A stretch of DNA of 61,244 bases from Gemmatimonadota bacterium (GCA_039589315.1 JBDHHQ010000019.1:1-61244), one strand, 5' to 3'. Shown: positions 28,232 to 39,163, counted from the stretch's first letter. Notes: a model not told the origin generated them from the sequence alone. Numbers and translations are program-made.

Positions 28232-31200
28232 TCAGCCGGCCCTGCCGTGGCACCTCTTGTACTTCTTGCCGCTCCCGCATGGACACGGGTCGTTCCGCCC
28301 CGGCTCCTCGGTGGCCGTGACCGGAGTGGCCTTGCGCGCCTCTCCCCGATTGGTCGCCAGCCGCCGCACGTCGGGCCCGCTGTCCAGACCGACGCTGGCC
28401 GAGGCTCGGACCGCTCCGACGCTGGCGCGGGCCGCCACGCCGGTCGCGTCGACGGTGGGACGCGCCGCCCCCGGGCGGGCGCTTCCCTGTCCCGGCTCCA
28501 TCGGACCCGAGTACATCAGCCGCTGGGGCTGACGCACCGGCTGCGGTGCGGTGCCGATCTGCGCGCGGAAGAGCGTGGTAGCCACGGTCTTGTGCAGGTC
28601 CTCCATCAGGCCCACGAACATCTCGTAGGCCTCCTTCTTGTACTCGACCAGCGGGTCCTTCTGGCCCCAGCCCCGAAAGCCGATGGAGGCCTTGAGGTGA
28701 TCCAGGTCGTAGAGATGGTCCTTCCACTTGCTGTCGATCACCGACAGCATGATGGCCCGCAGGACCTGCTCTCGGGCCTCTCCGAACGACTCGATCTTGC
28801 GGTGGAACTGATCCCGGGCCGCGGACATCGCCGCCTGTTCCACCTCGTGACGCTCCCACTGGTGCTCGGGGTCGTCCACTTCCGGAAGCGTGTCGACGAC
28901 CAGGAAGTAGTCCAGCAGCAGGCGACGACGGAGGCCCGCCAGGTGCCACGTCTCCTCCGGCTCCTCCACGGGCGCGTACTCGTCCAAGGCGGTTCGGATG
29001 GACTGCTCGACCATGTCCCAATGCTCACCCTTGAGGTCTTCTCCCCCCTCCAGGGCAAAGAGCCGCAGGTCGTAGATGACCTCCCGCTGCTGGTTCATGA
29101 CGTCGTCGTAGTCCAGTAGCCGCTTGCGGGCCTCGAAGTTGTTCCCCTCCACACGCTTCTGGGCACGGCCGATGGACTTGGTGACGAGGGGGTGGATGAT
29201 GACCTCGCCCTCCTCGACGCCCAGCTTCTCCATGACCCCGACCACGCGCTCGGACATGAACATGCGCATGAGGTCGTCTTCCAGGGACAGGAAGAACTGG
29301 GACGCCCCGGGATCGCCTTGCCGACCCGACCGCCCACGGAGCTGGCGGTCGATGCGACGGGACTCGTGACGGGCCGATCCCAGGATGTGCAGGCCGCCGG
29401 CTTCGATGACGAAATCGTCCGCCTGGCCCTCCGGGTCCTTGAGCAGCGTCGGGTCCACCGGCAGGACGTCTTGCACCGGAATGGCCTTGTCCTTCAGCCA
29501 CCCGATGGTCCTCGCCTCCGTGACGCCATCGCCGAGTTTGATGTCGGTCCCCCGCCCCGCCATGTTGGTCGCGATGGTGACGGCCGCCGGCCGGCCGGCC
29601 TCCGCCACGATGTCGGATTCACGGGCGTGGTGCTTGGCGTTCAGGACGTTGTGCGGGAGGCCCCTGCGCTTGAGCAGCTTCGACAACGTCTCGGACACCT
29701 CGACGTTGGTGGTACCCACCAGGACCGGCAGCTCCATGACGTGGAGCCGCTCGATCTCGTCCATGATGGCGTTGTACTTCTCCCGGACGGTGCGGAAGAT
29801 CAGGTCGTCCCGGTCGTCCCTCACGACGGGCCGGTTCGTGGGGATGACCATCACGTCCAGATCGTAGATCTGGTGGAACTCGTTCTCCTCCGTCTCGGCG
29901 GTGCCTGTCATGCCCGCGAGCTTGTCGTACATCCTGAAGTAGTTCTGGATCGTGATCGTGGCGAGCGTCTGGGTCTCACCCCTCACCTCCACGCCTTCCT
30001 TGGCCTCGACCGCCTGGTGTAGGCCGTCGCTCCACCGGCGCCCGGGCATCTGTCGCCCGGTGAACTCGTCGACGATCACGACGGAGCCGTCCTCACCGAT
30101 GATGTAGCGTTCGTCACGCTGGAAGAGGGTGTACGCCTTCAGGAGCTGGTGAAGGACGTGGATCTTCTCCGACTTGGCCGCATACTCCCCTTCGAGCTGC
30201 TGGATGCGGTCCCGCTTGGCGTCCACCGACAGGGTCTCGTCTTCCTCGATCTCGCCCAGCTCGTGAGAGAGATCGGGAGCGATAAACGCCTCCGTATCCC
30301 CGGGCGAGAGCTCGTCGAGTCCGGCGTCCGAGAGGTGGACGCTGTGGCCCTTCTCGTCCATCGCGTAGAGAAGCAGCTCGTCGAGATCGTGGAGTCGCTT
30401 CTCCCGCATGTAGTCGCCCTCGATCTTCTGCACCATCTTCTGCAGACCGGGATCGTCGGCGAAGAGCTTCAGGAGTCGGCGGTGCTTCGGCGCCCCGCGT
30501 TTCGCGGCCAGTAGCTTCTCCCCGGCCGCGTACTCCTCCCCCGCATCCAGGTGTCGCTCGGCGTCGGCCACCAGGTCGTTCGCGATCCGCACCTGCTTCT
30601 TGTGCAGGCGCTCGACCGAGGGCTTGAACTGCTTGAACGGAGTCGACGTGTCCCGCCCCACCGGTCCCGAGATGATCAGAGGCGTCCGGGCCTCGTCGAT
30701 GAGGATGGAGTCCACCTCGTCGAGGATGGCGAAGTGATGGTGATGTTGGACCCTCTGGTCCAGGCTGTGGACCATGTTGTCACGCAGGTAGTCGAACCCG
30801 AACTCGTTGTTGGTTCCGTAGGTGATGTCCGCGTTGTACGCCTGCCTGCGGTCGGGGCTTCCGGGGTCGTGGCGATCGATGACGTCGACGGTGAGGCCCA
30901 GGTAGCCGAACACGGCGCCCATCCACTCGGCGTCGCGCTGGGCCAGATAGGAGTTCACCGTCACCAGGTGGGCGCCCCGTCCGGCCAGAGCGTTCAGGTA
31001 CAGCGGCATGGTCGCCACCAAGGTCTTCCCCTCCCCGGTGGCCATCTCGGCGACCTTCCCCTGATGGAGGGCGATCCCGCCGATCAGCTGCACGTCGTAG
31101 GGGACCATGTCCCACACCAGCTTGTGGTTGCTGACCGTGATCTCCGTCCCCGCGAGACGACGACAAACCTCCTTCACGACCGCGTAGGCTTCGGGGAGGA

Positions 31201-31513
31201 TCTCGTCGAGGACGTCCTCCAGCTCCTCGAGCAGCTCCTGCTCGAGCTCGGAGATCTCGAGGCTGAGAGCTTCTCTCCGATTCCCGTCCTCGGAGTGGCG
31301 CTTCTCGTCCCGGAGGCGCTCGATGCGCTCCTCCAGCTCCGCCGTCCGTTCCCGGATGCGGGCCTTGAACTCGTCGGTCTTGGCCTTGAGCGAGCGCTCG
31401 CTGATGGACTGGAGGTCCTCCGCGATCCCGTTGATCTCGTCGATCAGCGGCTGGAGCTTCTTCGCCTCCCGATCGTGGCGGTTGCCGAATACTTTCTTGA
31501 GGACGGCTTTCAT
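28232..31513 (-). CDS. secA: Preprotein translocase ATPase SecA
   Basis: MATGEGKT, DEVDSILIDEARTPLIISG, TNMAGRGTDI, C-terminal GRNDPCPCGSGKKYKRCHG. Start at ATG 31513 (ATGA overlap with nadD). Confidence 0.98.
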   Translation of the reverse strand: MKAVLKKVFGNRHDREAKKLQPLIDEINGIAEDLQSISERSLKAKTDEFKARIRERTAELEERIERLRDEKRHSEDGNRREALSLEISELEQELLEELEDVLDEILPEAYAVVKEVCRRLAGTEITVSNHKLVWDMVPYDVQLIGGIALHQGKVAEMATGEGKTLVATMPLYLNALAGRGAHLVTVNSYLAQRDAEWMGAVFGYLGLTVDVIDRHDPGSPDRRQAYNADITYGTNNEFGFDYLRDNMVHSLDQRVQHHHHFAILDEVDSILIDEARTPLIISGPVGRDTSTPFKQFKPSVERLHKKQVRIANDLVADAERHLDAGEEYAAGEKLLAAKRGAPKHRRLLKLFADDPGLQKMVQKIEGDYMREKRLHDLDELLLYAMDEKGHSVHLSDAGLDELSPGDTEAFIAPDLSHELGEIEEDETLSVDAKRDRIQQLEGEYAAKSEKIHVLHQLLKAYTLFQRDERYIIGEDGSVVIVDEFTGRQMPGRRWSDGLHQAVEAKEGVEVRGETQTLATITIQNYFRMYDKLAGMTGTAETEENEFHQIYDLDVMVIPTNRPVVRDDRDDLIFRTVREKYNAIMDEIERLHVMELPVLVGTTNVEVSETLSKLLKRRGLPHNVLNAKHHARESDIVAEAGRPAAVTIATNMAGRGTDIKLGDGVTEARTIGWLKDKAIPVQDVLPVDPTLLKDPEGQADDFVIEAGGLHILGSARHESRRIDRQLRGRSGRQGDPGASQFFLSLEDDLMRMFMSERVVGVMEKLGVEEGEVIIHPLVTKSIGRAQKRVEGNNFEARKRLLDYDDVMNQQREVIYDLRLFALEGGEDLKGEHWDMVEQSIRTALDEYAPVEEPEETWHLAGLRRRLLLDYFLVVDTLPEVDDPEHQWERHEVEQAAMSAARDQFHRKIESFGEAREQVLRAIMLSVIDSKWKDHLYDLDHLKASIGFRGWGQKDPLVEYKKEAYEMFVGLMEDLHKTVATTLFRAQIGTAPQPVRQPQRLMYSGPMEPGQGSARPGAARPTVDATGVAARASVGAVRASASVGLDSGPDVRRLATNRGEARKATPVTATEEPGRNDPCPCGSGKKYKRCHGRAG

Positions 31514-32145
31514 GAGCCTCTCGTGTACAGTCTCTTCTCTTCGATGATCCGCCGAACCGATGCAGGCACGAGGTAGCGAATGCTGCGCTCGCTCCGGACC
31601 CGTGCCCGCACGTCGGTGGAAGAAATGTCGATGCGCGTCACTGGCACCACGGTGTGAGGCACCGGAGATTCCTCCCGCCCGACCGTGGTCAGCTCCGCTC
31701 CCTCCCGATCCATCACCGCGATGCTCGCCAGGCGACCGATCTCGTCGGGCTCCCTCCACGAGCTGAACACGCGGAGCTGGTCTGCGCCCACCACCAGGTG
31801 GATCTCCGCTCCGGGAAGGTCCTTCCGCAAGCACCGCAGCGTGTCCACCGTGTACGACGGCCCGCTCCGTTCCATCTCCACTTCACTCACCTCGAACCGC
31901 TCGTCCCCCTCGGTAGCCCCCCGCGTGAGCTCGAGGCGGGCGTCGGCCGGGCTGATCGACCGCCAGTCCTTGTGCGGCGGCTCACGGGCCGGCATCCACA
32001 TGAGCACGTCCAGCGCCAACGCTTCCACCACGTCCTGAGCGACGATGAGATGGCCGACGTGAGGCGGATCGAAGGTGCCCCCGAACACACCGACGCGCAC
32101 CGCTCCGCCGCGGCCCAGGGCAGCACGCTCCCCGTCAGATTCCAT
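31510..32145 (-). CDS. nadD: Nicotinate-nucleotide adenylyltransferase
   Basis: GGTFDPPHVGH, SYTVDTL, GAD, ISSTDVR. Confidence 0.97.
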   Translation of the reverse strand: MESDGERAALGRGGAVRVGVFGGTFDPPHVGHLIVAQDVVEALALDVLMWMPAREPPHKDWRSISPADARLELTRGATEGDERFEVSEVEMERSGPSYTVDTLRCLRKDLPGAEIHLVVGADQLRVFSSWREPDEIGRLASIAVMDREGAELTTVGREESPVPHTVVPVTRIDISSTDVRARVRSERSIRYLVPASVRRIIEEKRLYTRGS

Positions 32146-32872
32146 TCGACAGGGACTGAGCAGCCGGGGAGTCCGGATACTTTTCCAGGAGGTCGGTCCG
32201 AGCGGCCTCCGCCTCGCTGTCGTACCCGATCCGGAGGTTGCCCTCGTACATCATCAGGAGGGCCTCCGGCGCCCAGGAGGTCTCCGGATATTCTTCGCTG
32301 ACCATCTGGTAGTAGAGCAAGGCTGAATCGATGAGGTTGCGACGGTAGTAGAACTCGGCCCGGAGGAAGTCCTTCTCGGCCAGCTTCTCCAGCATCTCGT
32401 GCCTGATCATGCGTGCCTCGCCGGCCTCCGGCGTCCCGGCATAGTCCGAGGCCGTGGTCTCACAGGCACGAACCGCCTGCTCCGTGAAGGACTGGTCACG
32501 CTCTGCCTTCGGGGACAGGCCCGCGTTCGACTGGCAGATGCCGAGGGACGCCGCCGGGGCGAGGTCGTGGCTCGGCGCTGTGGTCAGGAGACGCCTGAAC
32601 TCCGCCTCGGCGGTGATGTACTCCTCCCGCTCATAGAAAGAGCGCGCCAGGTAGAGCCGGGCCTCGATGCGCTGCGGAAACGCCGGGTAAGTGATCAGGA
32701 GCCTCTCGAACGCCCTCACCGACTCGCTCCAGTCGCCTCTCTCATGCGCCTCCAGGGCATGCGCGTAGATCTCCTGGGCGTCCATCCCCTGGTAGGGGGG
32801 CGCCGAGCGACACGCGCCTAGGCCGAGGGCCGCGACGAGCAGCAACGGGCGTGCGAACCGATAAGTGCACAT
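32135..32872 (-). CDS. bamD: Outer-membrane protein assembly lipoprotein BamD
   Basis: LGAC lipobox after ATG 32872; TPRs; RDQS.T..A, KLAEKDF..AEFYYRR, YPET.WAPEAL. Confidence 0.88.
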   Translation of the reverse strand: MCTYRFARPLLLVAALGLGACRSAPPYQGMDAQEIYAHALEAHERGDWSESVRAFERLLITYPAFPQRIEARLYLARSFYEREEYITAEAEFRRLLTTAPSHDLAPAASLGICQSNAGLSPKAERDQSFTEQAVRACETTASDYAGTPEAGEARMIRHEMLEKLAEKDFLRAEFYYRRNLIDSALLYYQMVSEEYPETSWAPEALLMMYEGNLRIGYDSEAEAARTDLLEKYPDSPAAQSLSNGI

Positions 32873-33014
32873 CCGTGGTAAATACCCAGATTCTGTCGAC
32901 GGGTTTCGGGGAATGTCCGTCTCACTCGGGTGTCGCGGGAATGCTCGTCGGATTCGATGGGCGGGGCAATGGCAGATCCTCCCCGGTACTCCGAAATCCA
33001 CGAGGAATCGGGCC

Positions 33015-34106
33015 TCAACAGCCCCGCGGGCCCGCATCGATCGGATCCGGGCGCGGCGGCCCGAAGCGGATCTCGTCGATGCGCTCGCGGGCCCGGGCCA
33101 CCAGCGTGCCGGTGCCGGATGGATCCACGCGCCCCACCTGTCGAAACGCGTCGACGGCCGCGTCGCACTCTCCCCGTGCCGCCAGGAGCTCGCCCTTCTC
33201 GAAGTACGCCTGCGCCTGCCGGTTGCGGGGCTCGCCCAGGGTGATCGTCCGCTCGAGGTGCATCAGGGCCACCTCCTCCAGAGCCGTGACCTCCTCCGCC
33301 GTGGGGAGGGCGTTTGGCTCCGACCCTGGAAGCTCGTCCTCCGAGACGAATCCGCCCGGGGGGACGATGCCCTCTCGCCTGGCCCGCTCGAGATCGCTGC
33401 GGATCCGGGTCGCCAGGAGGTACGAACACTCTCCGATCCGCCAGGACACCTCGCTGGTCTGCGCTGCGGAGGCGACCTCGGCGAATTGCTCGTAGAACAC
33501 GAGGGCCCGCTGGCAATCGCCCACTTGCTCGTGTGCCAGGCCAGTTTCGAAGACGACGTCGCTCGTCGTGTCCACTGGCGCGTTGGCCAGGGCCTTGGCG
33601 TAGAAGGGCAGCGCCCGGCCGTACTCACCCGACTGGGAGTAGTACCGAGCGAGAGGCAGCGCGAGCTCGGCCACGCTCACACCCGGCCGGAACTCGAGGC
33701 TCGCCTCCATGGCAGCTGCCACACCGAAGCGATCTCCCCGGTTCTCGGCGGCTCGGGCCAAGCGAACGAGGTCGGCCACGGCCTGCTCTACGAACGCGGA
33801 GTCCTGGTCGGATGCCAGGTGGTAGTAGTCCCCCGCTTCGTCGATCTTGCCGAGCTCGGCGTAGGCGTGCCCGATGCGGGCGTAGACCTCAGCGTCCGTG
33901 TTCCCCTGCTGAAGGGAGAGGCGGTATTCGGCCAGTGCCTCCTCGACGTCGCCGGCGACCCAGGCCTGGTCGCCGCGGGCCAGGGCCCCCTCCTCCGCTA
34001 CCGTAGCCGAGCAAGCGGCGAGGACGCCTGCGAGCCCGCAGGCAAGCGTCCAACGAGCTGTCGCGAAAGCTGGCACCAGAAGACCCGGGTTCACGGTGGC
34101 GGTCAA
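33015..34106 (-). CDS. TPR lipoprotein of unknown function (start uncertain)
   Basis: Lipobox LAAC followed by multiple TPR-like helical repeats. Confidence 0.75.
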   Translation of the reverse strand: MTATVNPGLLVPAFATARWTLACGLAGVLAACSATVAEEGALARGDQAWVAGDVEEALAEYRLSLQQGNTDAEVYARIGHAYAELGKIDEAGDYYHLASDQDSAFVEQAVADLVRLARAAENRGDRFGVAAAMEASLEFRPGVSVAELALPLARYYSQSGEYGRALPFYAKALANAPVDTTSDVVFETGLAHEQVGDCQRALVFYEQFAEVASAAQTSEVSWRIGECSYLLATRIRSDLERARREGIVPPGGFVSEDELPGSEPNALPTAEEVTALEEVALMHLERTITLGEPRNRQAQAYFEKGELLAARGECDAAVDAFRQVGRVDPSGTGTLVARARERIDEIRFGPPRPDPIDAGPRGC

Positions 34107-34213
34107 AAGCTCCGTGCCACCTTATGCCGCGTCGGGGGCTGAGGTTCCCTCGGGGCGCTCACGTGCCTTCCGATCGCCCCCCGCCAGCACCGGTCGCCGC
34201 CTGCCCCAGTGAG

Positions 34214-34951
34214 TCAGGAAGCTCGGGGGTCGGACGACGAGTCGCCCTCTCCGTTCACCGAGGCAAGGTAGGCCTGTACCCGGGCGTCGCCCGGAGCCTC
34301 CACGGCGCATCGGGTCCATTCCCGCAAGGCGGCAGTGTCGTCGCCCGCTCGGTGGTGCACGACACCCAGTCGCAGGCGCGCGCCGGTGAAGCCCGGATTC
34401 TGGCCCAGGATCGACTCGAGCTCGGTACGGGCGTCGTCCAATCGGTCGCACGCCAGGTATGCCTCGGCCAGCTTGCTCCGGATGTCCAGGAAGCCCGGGC
34501 GGACTTCGAGCGCCAACAGGTATTCGTCCACGGCTCGGTTCGGTTTGGAGCAGCTCAGGTACAGGTCCGCGACCCTGGCGTGAGCGATGGCCAGCTGGTT
34601 GCCGATGTCGGCCGGGAAGCTGTCCGGATCGGCCCGCTCGAGCTCGCTCGCCCGATCGAACGCCTCGTGGGCCTCGTCGAAGCGGCCGAGCTCGTTCAGG
34701 ACGACCGCACGGTTCAGGTGCGCCTCTCCGTAGGCGTCGTTGATACGAATCGCCTCGTCGAGGTGCTCGAGCGCCCCCTTCATGTCGCCCAGCATTGCCA
34801 GGCACAAGCCGGCCTTGTTGCGCACGTCCGGGAATCCGGGGTGGTCGTCCAGCACGAGTTGGAAGCACGCCAACGCGAGCCCGTAATCGTCTTGCTCCAA
34901 GGCTGTCACGCCGCGCTCGATGGCACGGGTCACCTCGCGAACCTCCGACAT
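34214..34951 (-). CDS. Cytoplasmic TPR protein
   Basis: Start reassigned to ATG 34951 (GGAGG upstream). TPR repeats (HPGFPDVRNKAG, AHLNRAVVLNELG, NPGFTGARLRLG). Confidence 0.8.
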   Translation of the reverse strand: MSEVREVTRAIERGVTALEQDDYGLALACFQLVLDDHPGFPDVRNKAGLCLAMLGDMKGALEHLDEAIRINDAYGEAHLNRAVVLNELGRFDEAHEAFDRASELERADPDSFPADIGNQLAIAHARVADLYLSCSKPNRAVDEYLLALEVRPGFLDIRSKLAEAYLACDRLDDARTELESILGQNPGFTGARLRLGVVHHRAGDDTAALREWTRCAVEAPGDARVQAYLASVNGEGDSSSDPRAS

Positions 34952-34973
34952 TTCTTCCCTCCGCGCTCGTCCG

Positions 34974-35954
34974 TCACGTGGAGACGCGCTGCTGTCGTTG
35001 CCCAAACCAGGCGCACGTGCGCCGTAGCCCGTCCGGCAACGCCACAGCAGAGTGAAAACCAAGCTCACGCCGGATCTGCGTCAAGTCGGCGAGAGAGTCC
35101 CGAACGTCACCGGCCCGCGCCGGCCCGTAAACGGCCTCTGCGCCCGTCCCGACGATATCCCGGATCTCCGCCCAGAGGGTATTGATGGAGGTCCGTTCTC
35201 CGCAACCGACGTTGAACACACGACCCGACGCGGCCGAGACGGGGGCGGTGGCCGCCAGGACGTTGGCGTCGACGGCGTTGTCCACGTACGTGAAGTCCCG
35301 GGTCTGCTCCCCGTCGCCGTTGATTCGGACCTCTCCACCCGCCATGGCGGCGGCCAAGAAGATCGGAATCACGGCCGAGTATTGGGAGGTCGGGTCCTGT
35401 CGCGGCCCATAGATGTTGAAGTAGCGGAGCACGACGGTCTCGAAGCCGTAGACTTCGCTGAACACCCGGCAGTACATCTCTCCGGCCAGCTTGGCCGCAG
35501 CATACGGTGACTTGGGGCTGGTGGCCATGCCCTCGTGCTTGGGCAGCTCCGGCGTGTCGCCATATGCCGAGCTCGAGCCCGCGTAGACGAGCCGGCCCAC
35601 GCCCGCCTCCTTTGCCGCCCACAGGACGTTCAGGGTGCCCGTCGCGTCCACGGCGTGCGTGGCGGTAGGCTCCAGAACGCTCCGTTCTACGGAGGGAAGC
35701 GCAGCCTGGTGGAAGACCAGGTCTATACCGGCACAGGCTCGCGCGCACGTCGACGGTTCGGTGATGCTACCCTCCACGAGCTCGAACCCGTCCGCATCCA
35801 GCGGGAGGTTCTCCAACCTGCCCGTGGACAGGTCGTCGAGCACCCGGACGGCTGCGCCTCCCGCCAGCAGACGATCGACGATGTTGGAACCGATGAAGCC
35901 GGCGCCGCCGGTGACGAGACATCGGGTGCCGGGTTGGATCACGGGTCGATTCAT
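34974..35954 (-). CDS. Extended SDR, UDP-GlcNAc(A) 4-epimerase-like (WbpP/TviC type)
   Basis: GGAGFIGS, FHQAALPSVERSV, SSSAYG, YAAAK, RYFNIYGPRQDP.SQYSAVIP. Confidence 0.88.
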   Translation of the reverse strand: MNRPVIQPGTRCLVTGGAGFIGSNIVDRLLAGGAAVRVLDDLSTGRLENLPLDADGFELVEGSITEPSTCARACAGIDLVFHQAALPSVERSVLEPTATHAVDATGTLNVLWAAKEAGVGRLVYAGSSSAYGDTPELPKHEGMATSPKSPYAAAKLAGEMYCRVFSEVYGFETVVLRYFNIYGPRQDPTSQYSAVIPIFLAAAMAGGEVRINGDGEQTRDFTYVDNAVDANVLAATAPVSAASGRVFNVGCGERTSINTLWAEIRDIVGTGAEAVYGPARAGDVRDSLADLTQIRRELGFHSAVALPDGLRRTCAWFGQRQQRVST

Positions 35955-35972
35955 GGGCCTATTGGTCGTGGG

Positions 35973-36953
35973 TTACGTGCCGGGGGCAGCTTCGTCGAAG
36001 GCTCGGGCTCGAGCGTCTCGCTCCTCGACCAATCGGCGGAAGTAGCCCACCGTCTTCGTGAGTCCCTCTCGCAGCGTCGTCGTGGGCTCCCAGCCGAGAA
36101 CAGTCCGGGCCAGCGTGATGTCGGGCTGGCGTACCTTCGGATCATCCGTAGGGAGCGGTCGGGTCTCGATCATGGAGTGGCTCCCCGTGAGCTCCAGGAT
36201 GACCTCCGCCAGCTCGTGGATCGTGTACTCCTTGGGATTCCCGATGTTGGTGGGATCGACCCGTTCCGAGTGGAAGAGCCGGAATATCCCGTCCACCTCG
36301 TCGTCCACATAGCAGAACGAGCGAGTCTGCGAGCCGTCGCCGTAAATGGTGAGCGGCTCTCCACGGAGAGCTTGTACCAGGAGGTTGGACACGACGCGGC
36401 CGTCGCCAGGCCGCATGCGCGGCCCGTAGGTGTTGAAGATCCGGACGATGCGCGTATCGACATCATGGTAGCGGTGGTAGGCCATGGTCATGGCCTCCGC
36501 GAACCGCTTGGCTTCGTCGTACACACCCCGGGGCCCCACCGGATTCACGTGACCCCAATAGGTCTCGGGTTGAGGGTGCACCAAGGGATCTCCGTAGACC
36601 TCGGAGGTGGAGGCGAGGAGGTAACGGGCCCCCTTCGCTCTGGCCAGCCCCAGCGTGTTGTGGGTCCCGAGGCTGCCCACCTTGAGCGTCTGGATCGGCA
36701 GGTCGAGGTAGTCGATGGGACTGGCCGGTGACGCGAAATGCAACACACCGTCGATGCCTCCGTCCAGATAGAGGGGCCGGGAGACGTCGTGGTAGTGGAA
36801 GGAGAACCCCGGCCGGGTCCCCAGCAGCCGGATATTCTCCTGCGAGCCCGTGATGTAGTTGTCGACGCCGAGCACCTCGTAGCCTTCGCCAAGGAAGCGT
36901 TCCGCGACGTGGGACCCCAGGAATCCCGCGGCTCCCGTGATGACGACGCGCAT
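35973..36953 (-). CDS. UDP-glucuronate decarboxylase (UXS) family SDR
   Basis: [48 protein letters not shown]. Confidence 0.9.
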   Translation of the reverse strand: MRVVITGAAGFLGSHVAERFLGEGYEVLGVDNYITGSQENIRLLGTRPGFSFHYHDVSRPLYLDGGIDGVLHFASPASPIDYLDLPIQTLKVGSLGTHNTLGLARAKGARYLLASTSEVYGDPLVHPQPETYWGHVNPVGPRGVYDEAKRFAEAMTMAYHRYHDVDTRIVRIFNTYGPRMRPGDGRVVSNLLVQALRGEPLTIYGDGSQTRSFCYVDDEVDGIFRLFHSERVDPTNIGNPKEYTIHELAEVILELTGSHSMIETRPLPTDDPKVRQPDITLARTVLGWEPTTTLREGLTKTVGYFRRLVEERDARARAFDEAAPGT

Positions 36954-36956
36954 GCG

Positions 36957-38285
36957 TTACGCCTCCTGGCGCTCGTGGAGAACGGGCAGACGGCCGACCG
37001 AGTAGTACTCGAACCCGAGCGCTCGCATCTTCCGCGGCGTGTAGAGATTCCGACCGTCGAAGATGACGGGCTCACGGAGCGTGCGCTTGATGCGCAGGAA
37101 GTCCGGGTGACGATACGGGAGCCATTCAGTATGGATCACCAGGGCATCCGCACCTTCCAGGACGTCGTAGTTGGAGTTGTGGAAGTCGATGCGGTCGCCG
37201 AAGATACGCTTCGCCTCGTGCAGGGCCGCGGGATCGTGCGCCCGAACGGCGGCACCCCGCGCGAGGAGCTCGTTCAGGGTAACCAGGCTCGGGGCTTCCC
37301 GCATGTCATCGGTGTTCGGCTTGAAGGACAGACCCCACACGGCGAAGGTCCTTCCCGAGAGCTCCTCGCCGAAGCGCTCCAGGATCTGCTCGGTGAGCAA
37401 CCGCTTCTGACCCTCGTTCACCTGGTGGACCGCCTCGAGGATGGAGGCGTCGATCCCGAAGGCTCGCTGGGTCTCGACCAGCGCCTTGACGTCCTTGGGG
37501 AAGCAAGACCCGCCGTAGCCTACGCCGGGGAAGAGGAAGCCCGAGCCGATCCGGACGTCACTCCCGACGCCCTGCCGGACCTGATTGACGTCGGCGCCGG
37601 TCTGCGCGCAGAGACGGGCGATGCTGTTCATGAAGCTGATGCGCGTGGCAAGCATGGCGTTCGCTGCGTACTTGGTGATCTCGGCCGAGGCCACGTCCAT
37701 GAGCAGGAGCGGATTCCCCGTCCGAACGAAAGGCTCGTACAGATCGCGCATGATCTCGCCCGCGTACTCCGAGTCCACGCCCACGACCACTCGGTCGGGC
37801 TTCATGAAGTCGTCGACGGCCGCCCCCTCCTTGAGGAACTCCGGGTTGGACGCCACGTGCACGGGGTGGTCGGTCGTGGCCTCGATGGCCTCCCGGACCT
37901 TCGCGGCCGTCCCCACGGGAACCGTGCTCTTGGTCACCACGATCTTCTCGCCGTTCATGTTCTGACCGATGCTGCGGGCCACCGCCAGAACGTGGCGGAG
38001 GTCGGCGGATCCATCCTCGTCCGACGGTGTGCCCACGGCGATGAAGATCACGTCCGAGTGGCGGACCGCCGCCGCGACGTCGGTGGTGAACTCCAGGCGC
38101 CCTTGCTCCAGGTTGTCGGTCACCAGCGGCTCCAGGCCGGGCTCATAGATGGGGATCTCACCCTTGTTCAGCCGGGCGACCTTCCCTGCGTCCACGTCGG
38201 CGCAGATCACGTCGTGGCCCGTCTCGGCCAGGCAGGCGCCCACCACGAGTCCCACGTATCCGGTTCCTACGACTGCGATATTCAT
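36957..38285 (-). CDS. ugd: UDP-glucose 6-dehydrogenase
   Basis: [29 protein letters not shown], catalytic [20 protein letters not shown]. Confidence 0.93.
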   Translation of the reverse strand: MNIAVVGTGYVGLVVGACLAETGHDVICADVDAGKVARLNKGEIPIYEPGLEPLVTDNLEQGRLEFTTDVAAAVRHSDVIFIAVGTPSDEDGSADLRHVLAVARSIGQNMNGEKIVVTKSTVPVGTAAKVREAIEATTDHPVHVASNPEFLKEGAAVDDFMKPDRVVVGVDSEYAGEIMRDLYEPFVRTGNPLLLMDVASAEITKYAANAMLATRISFMNSIARLCAQTGADVNQVRQGVGSDVRIGSGFLFPGVGYGGSCFPKDVKALVETQRAFGIDASILEAVHQVNEGQKRLLTEQILERFGEELSGRTFAVWGLSFKPNTDDMREAPSLVTLNELLARGAAVRAHDPAALHEAKRIFGDRIDFHNSNYDVLEGADALVIHTEWLPYRHPDFLRIKRTLREPVIFDGRNLYTPRKMRALGFEYYSVGRLPVLHERQEA

Positions 38286-38345
38286 CTCTCGAGGCCTGGT
38301 TGGTAGATAGGTGCGTCAGGGCGAGCAGCCGGCAACATCAGGAGC

Positions 38346-39158
38346 TCACCTCTTCGTCGCAACGAGCCATCTCTCCATGAACTCGTCCAGGAGCGTGGCC
38401 CTTGCCGCCAGCAGATTCGGGAGCTTGGGCTCCGCTCTATTGAACGAGGGCCGGGTGCCGTCGGCGTGCAGGCAAACGCCGCCGGCGGCTTCAATCAAGG
38501 CGACGCCGGCCGCCACGTCCCACTCGCTCTTGGGGACGAGAGTCCACGTCGCGTCTGCGAGTCCGACGGCCACCAAACCCAGCTTGTAGGCCACCGATCC
38601 GCACGGCACCACGTCGAACGGTGCGTCCGCGAACCGTTCCCACTCGCCTCGGCCCACCTCCGACCGACTCGCCAGCACCCTGGCTCCCTCGAGCGTGTCC
38701 CGATCGCTGAGTCCGGCAGGTGTACCATTGAGAGTCACGCCGGACTCCAGCGACCCCAGGATCAAGTGGTCCGCCGAGGGGCTGTAGATCCCACCGGCCA
38801 CGGCCCGACCGTCTTCCACCAGACCCACGGACACACACCACTCCGGGATCCCCTGCACGAACTCCCGGGTGCCGTCCAGGGGGTCGACCACCCACACACG
38901 CCGGCGTGCCAGTCGCGCCGGGTCGTCCAGCGTCTCCTCGGACAGCCACCCTTCCCCATGCCGCGGCAGGACCTCGCGGAGGGCCCGGTCGACGGCTTCG
39001 TCGGCTTCCGTGAGCTCGTCGCCGCGGTCGCTCTTCTCTACCCAGGCCACATTCCCGGCCGTATAGCGTCGCAGCACGGTGCCGGCCGCCACCAGAGCTC
39101 GCTCGATTCTCTCCAGATCCTCGGCCCTCGTATTCGTCACGGTCTCCGCTCCGGTCAT
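38346..39158 (-). CDS. cysQ: 3'(2'),5'-bisphosphate nucleotidase CysQ (inositol monophosphatase family)
   Basis: SEE, WVVDPLDGTREF, SRS, EWDVAAG; adjacent to sat/cysC. Confidence 0.85.
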   Translation of the reverse strand: MTGAETVTNTRAEDLERIERALVAAGTVLRRYTAGNVAWVEKSDRGDELTEADEAVDRALREVLPRHGEGWLSEETLDDPARLARRRVWVVDPLDGTREFVQGIPEWCVSVGLVEDGRAVAGGIYSPSADHLILGSLESGVTLNGTPAGLSDRDTLEGARVLASRSEVGRGEWERFADAPFDVVPCGSVAYKLGLVAVGLADATWTLVPKSEWDVAAGVALIEAAGGVCLHADGTRPSFNRAEPKLPNLLAARATLLDEFMERWLVATKR

Positions 39159-39163
39159 CCGCC

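Noticed and set aside
27474..29021. Apparent 515-aa RadC fusion and other over-long ORF-track starts (secA, tsaB, map, adk, tolB, bamD, epimerase)
   Set aside because: The extensions overlap upstream genes or spacers. Internal starts with RBS or stop/start overlaps fit the family lengths.
34104..34119. TGGCACG sigma-54 -24 box upstream of the TPR lipoprotein
   Set aside because: No GC at the -12 position (reads TTTT).
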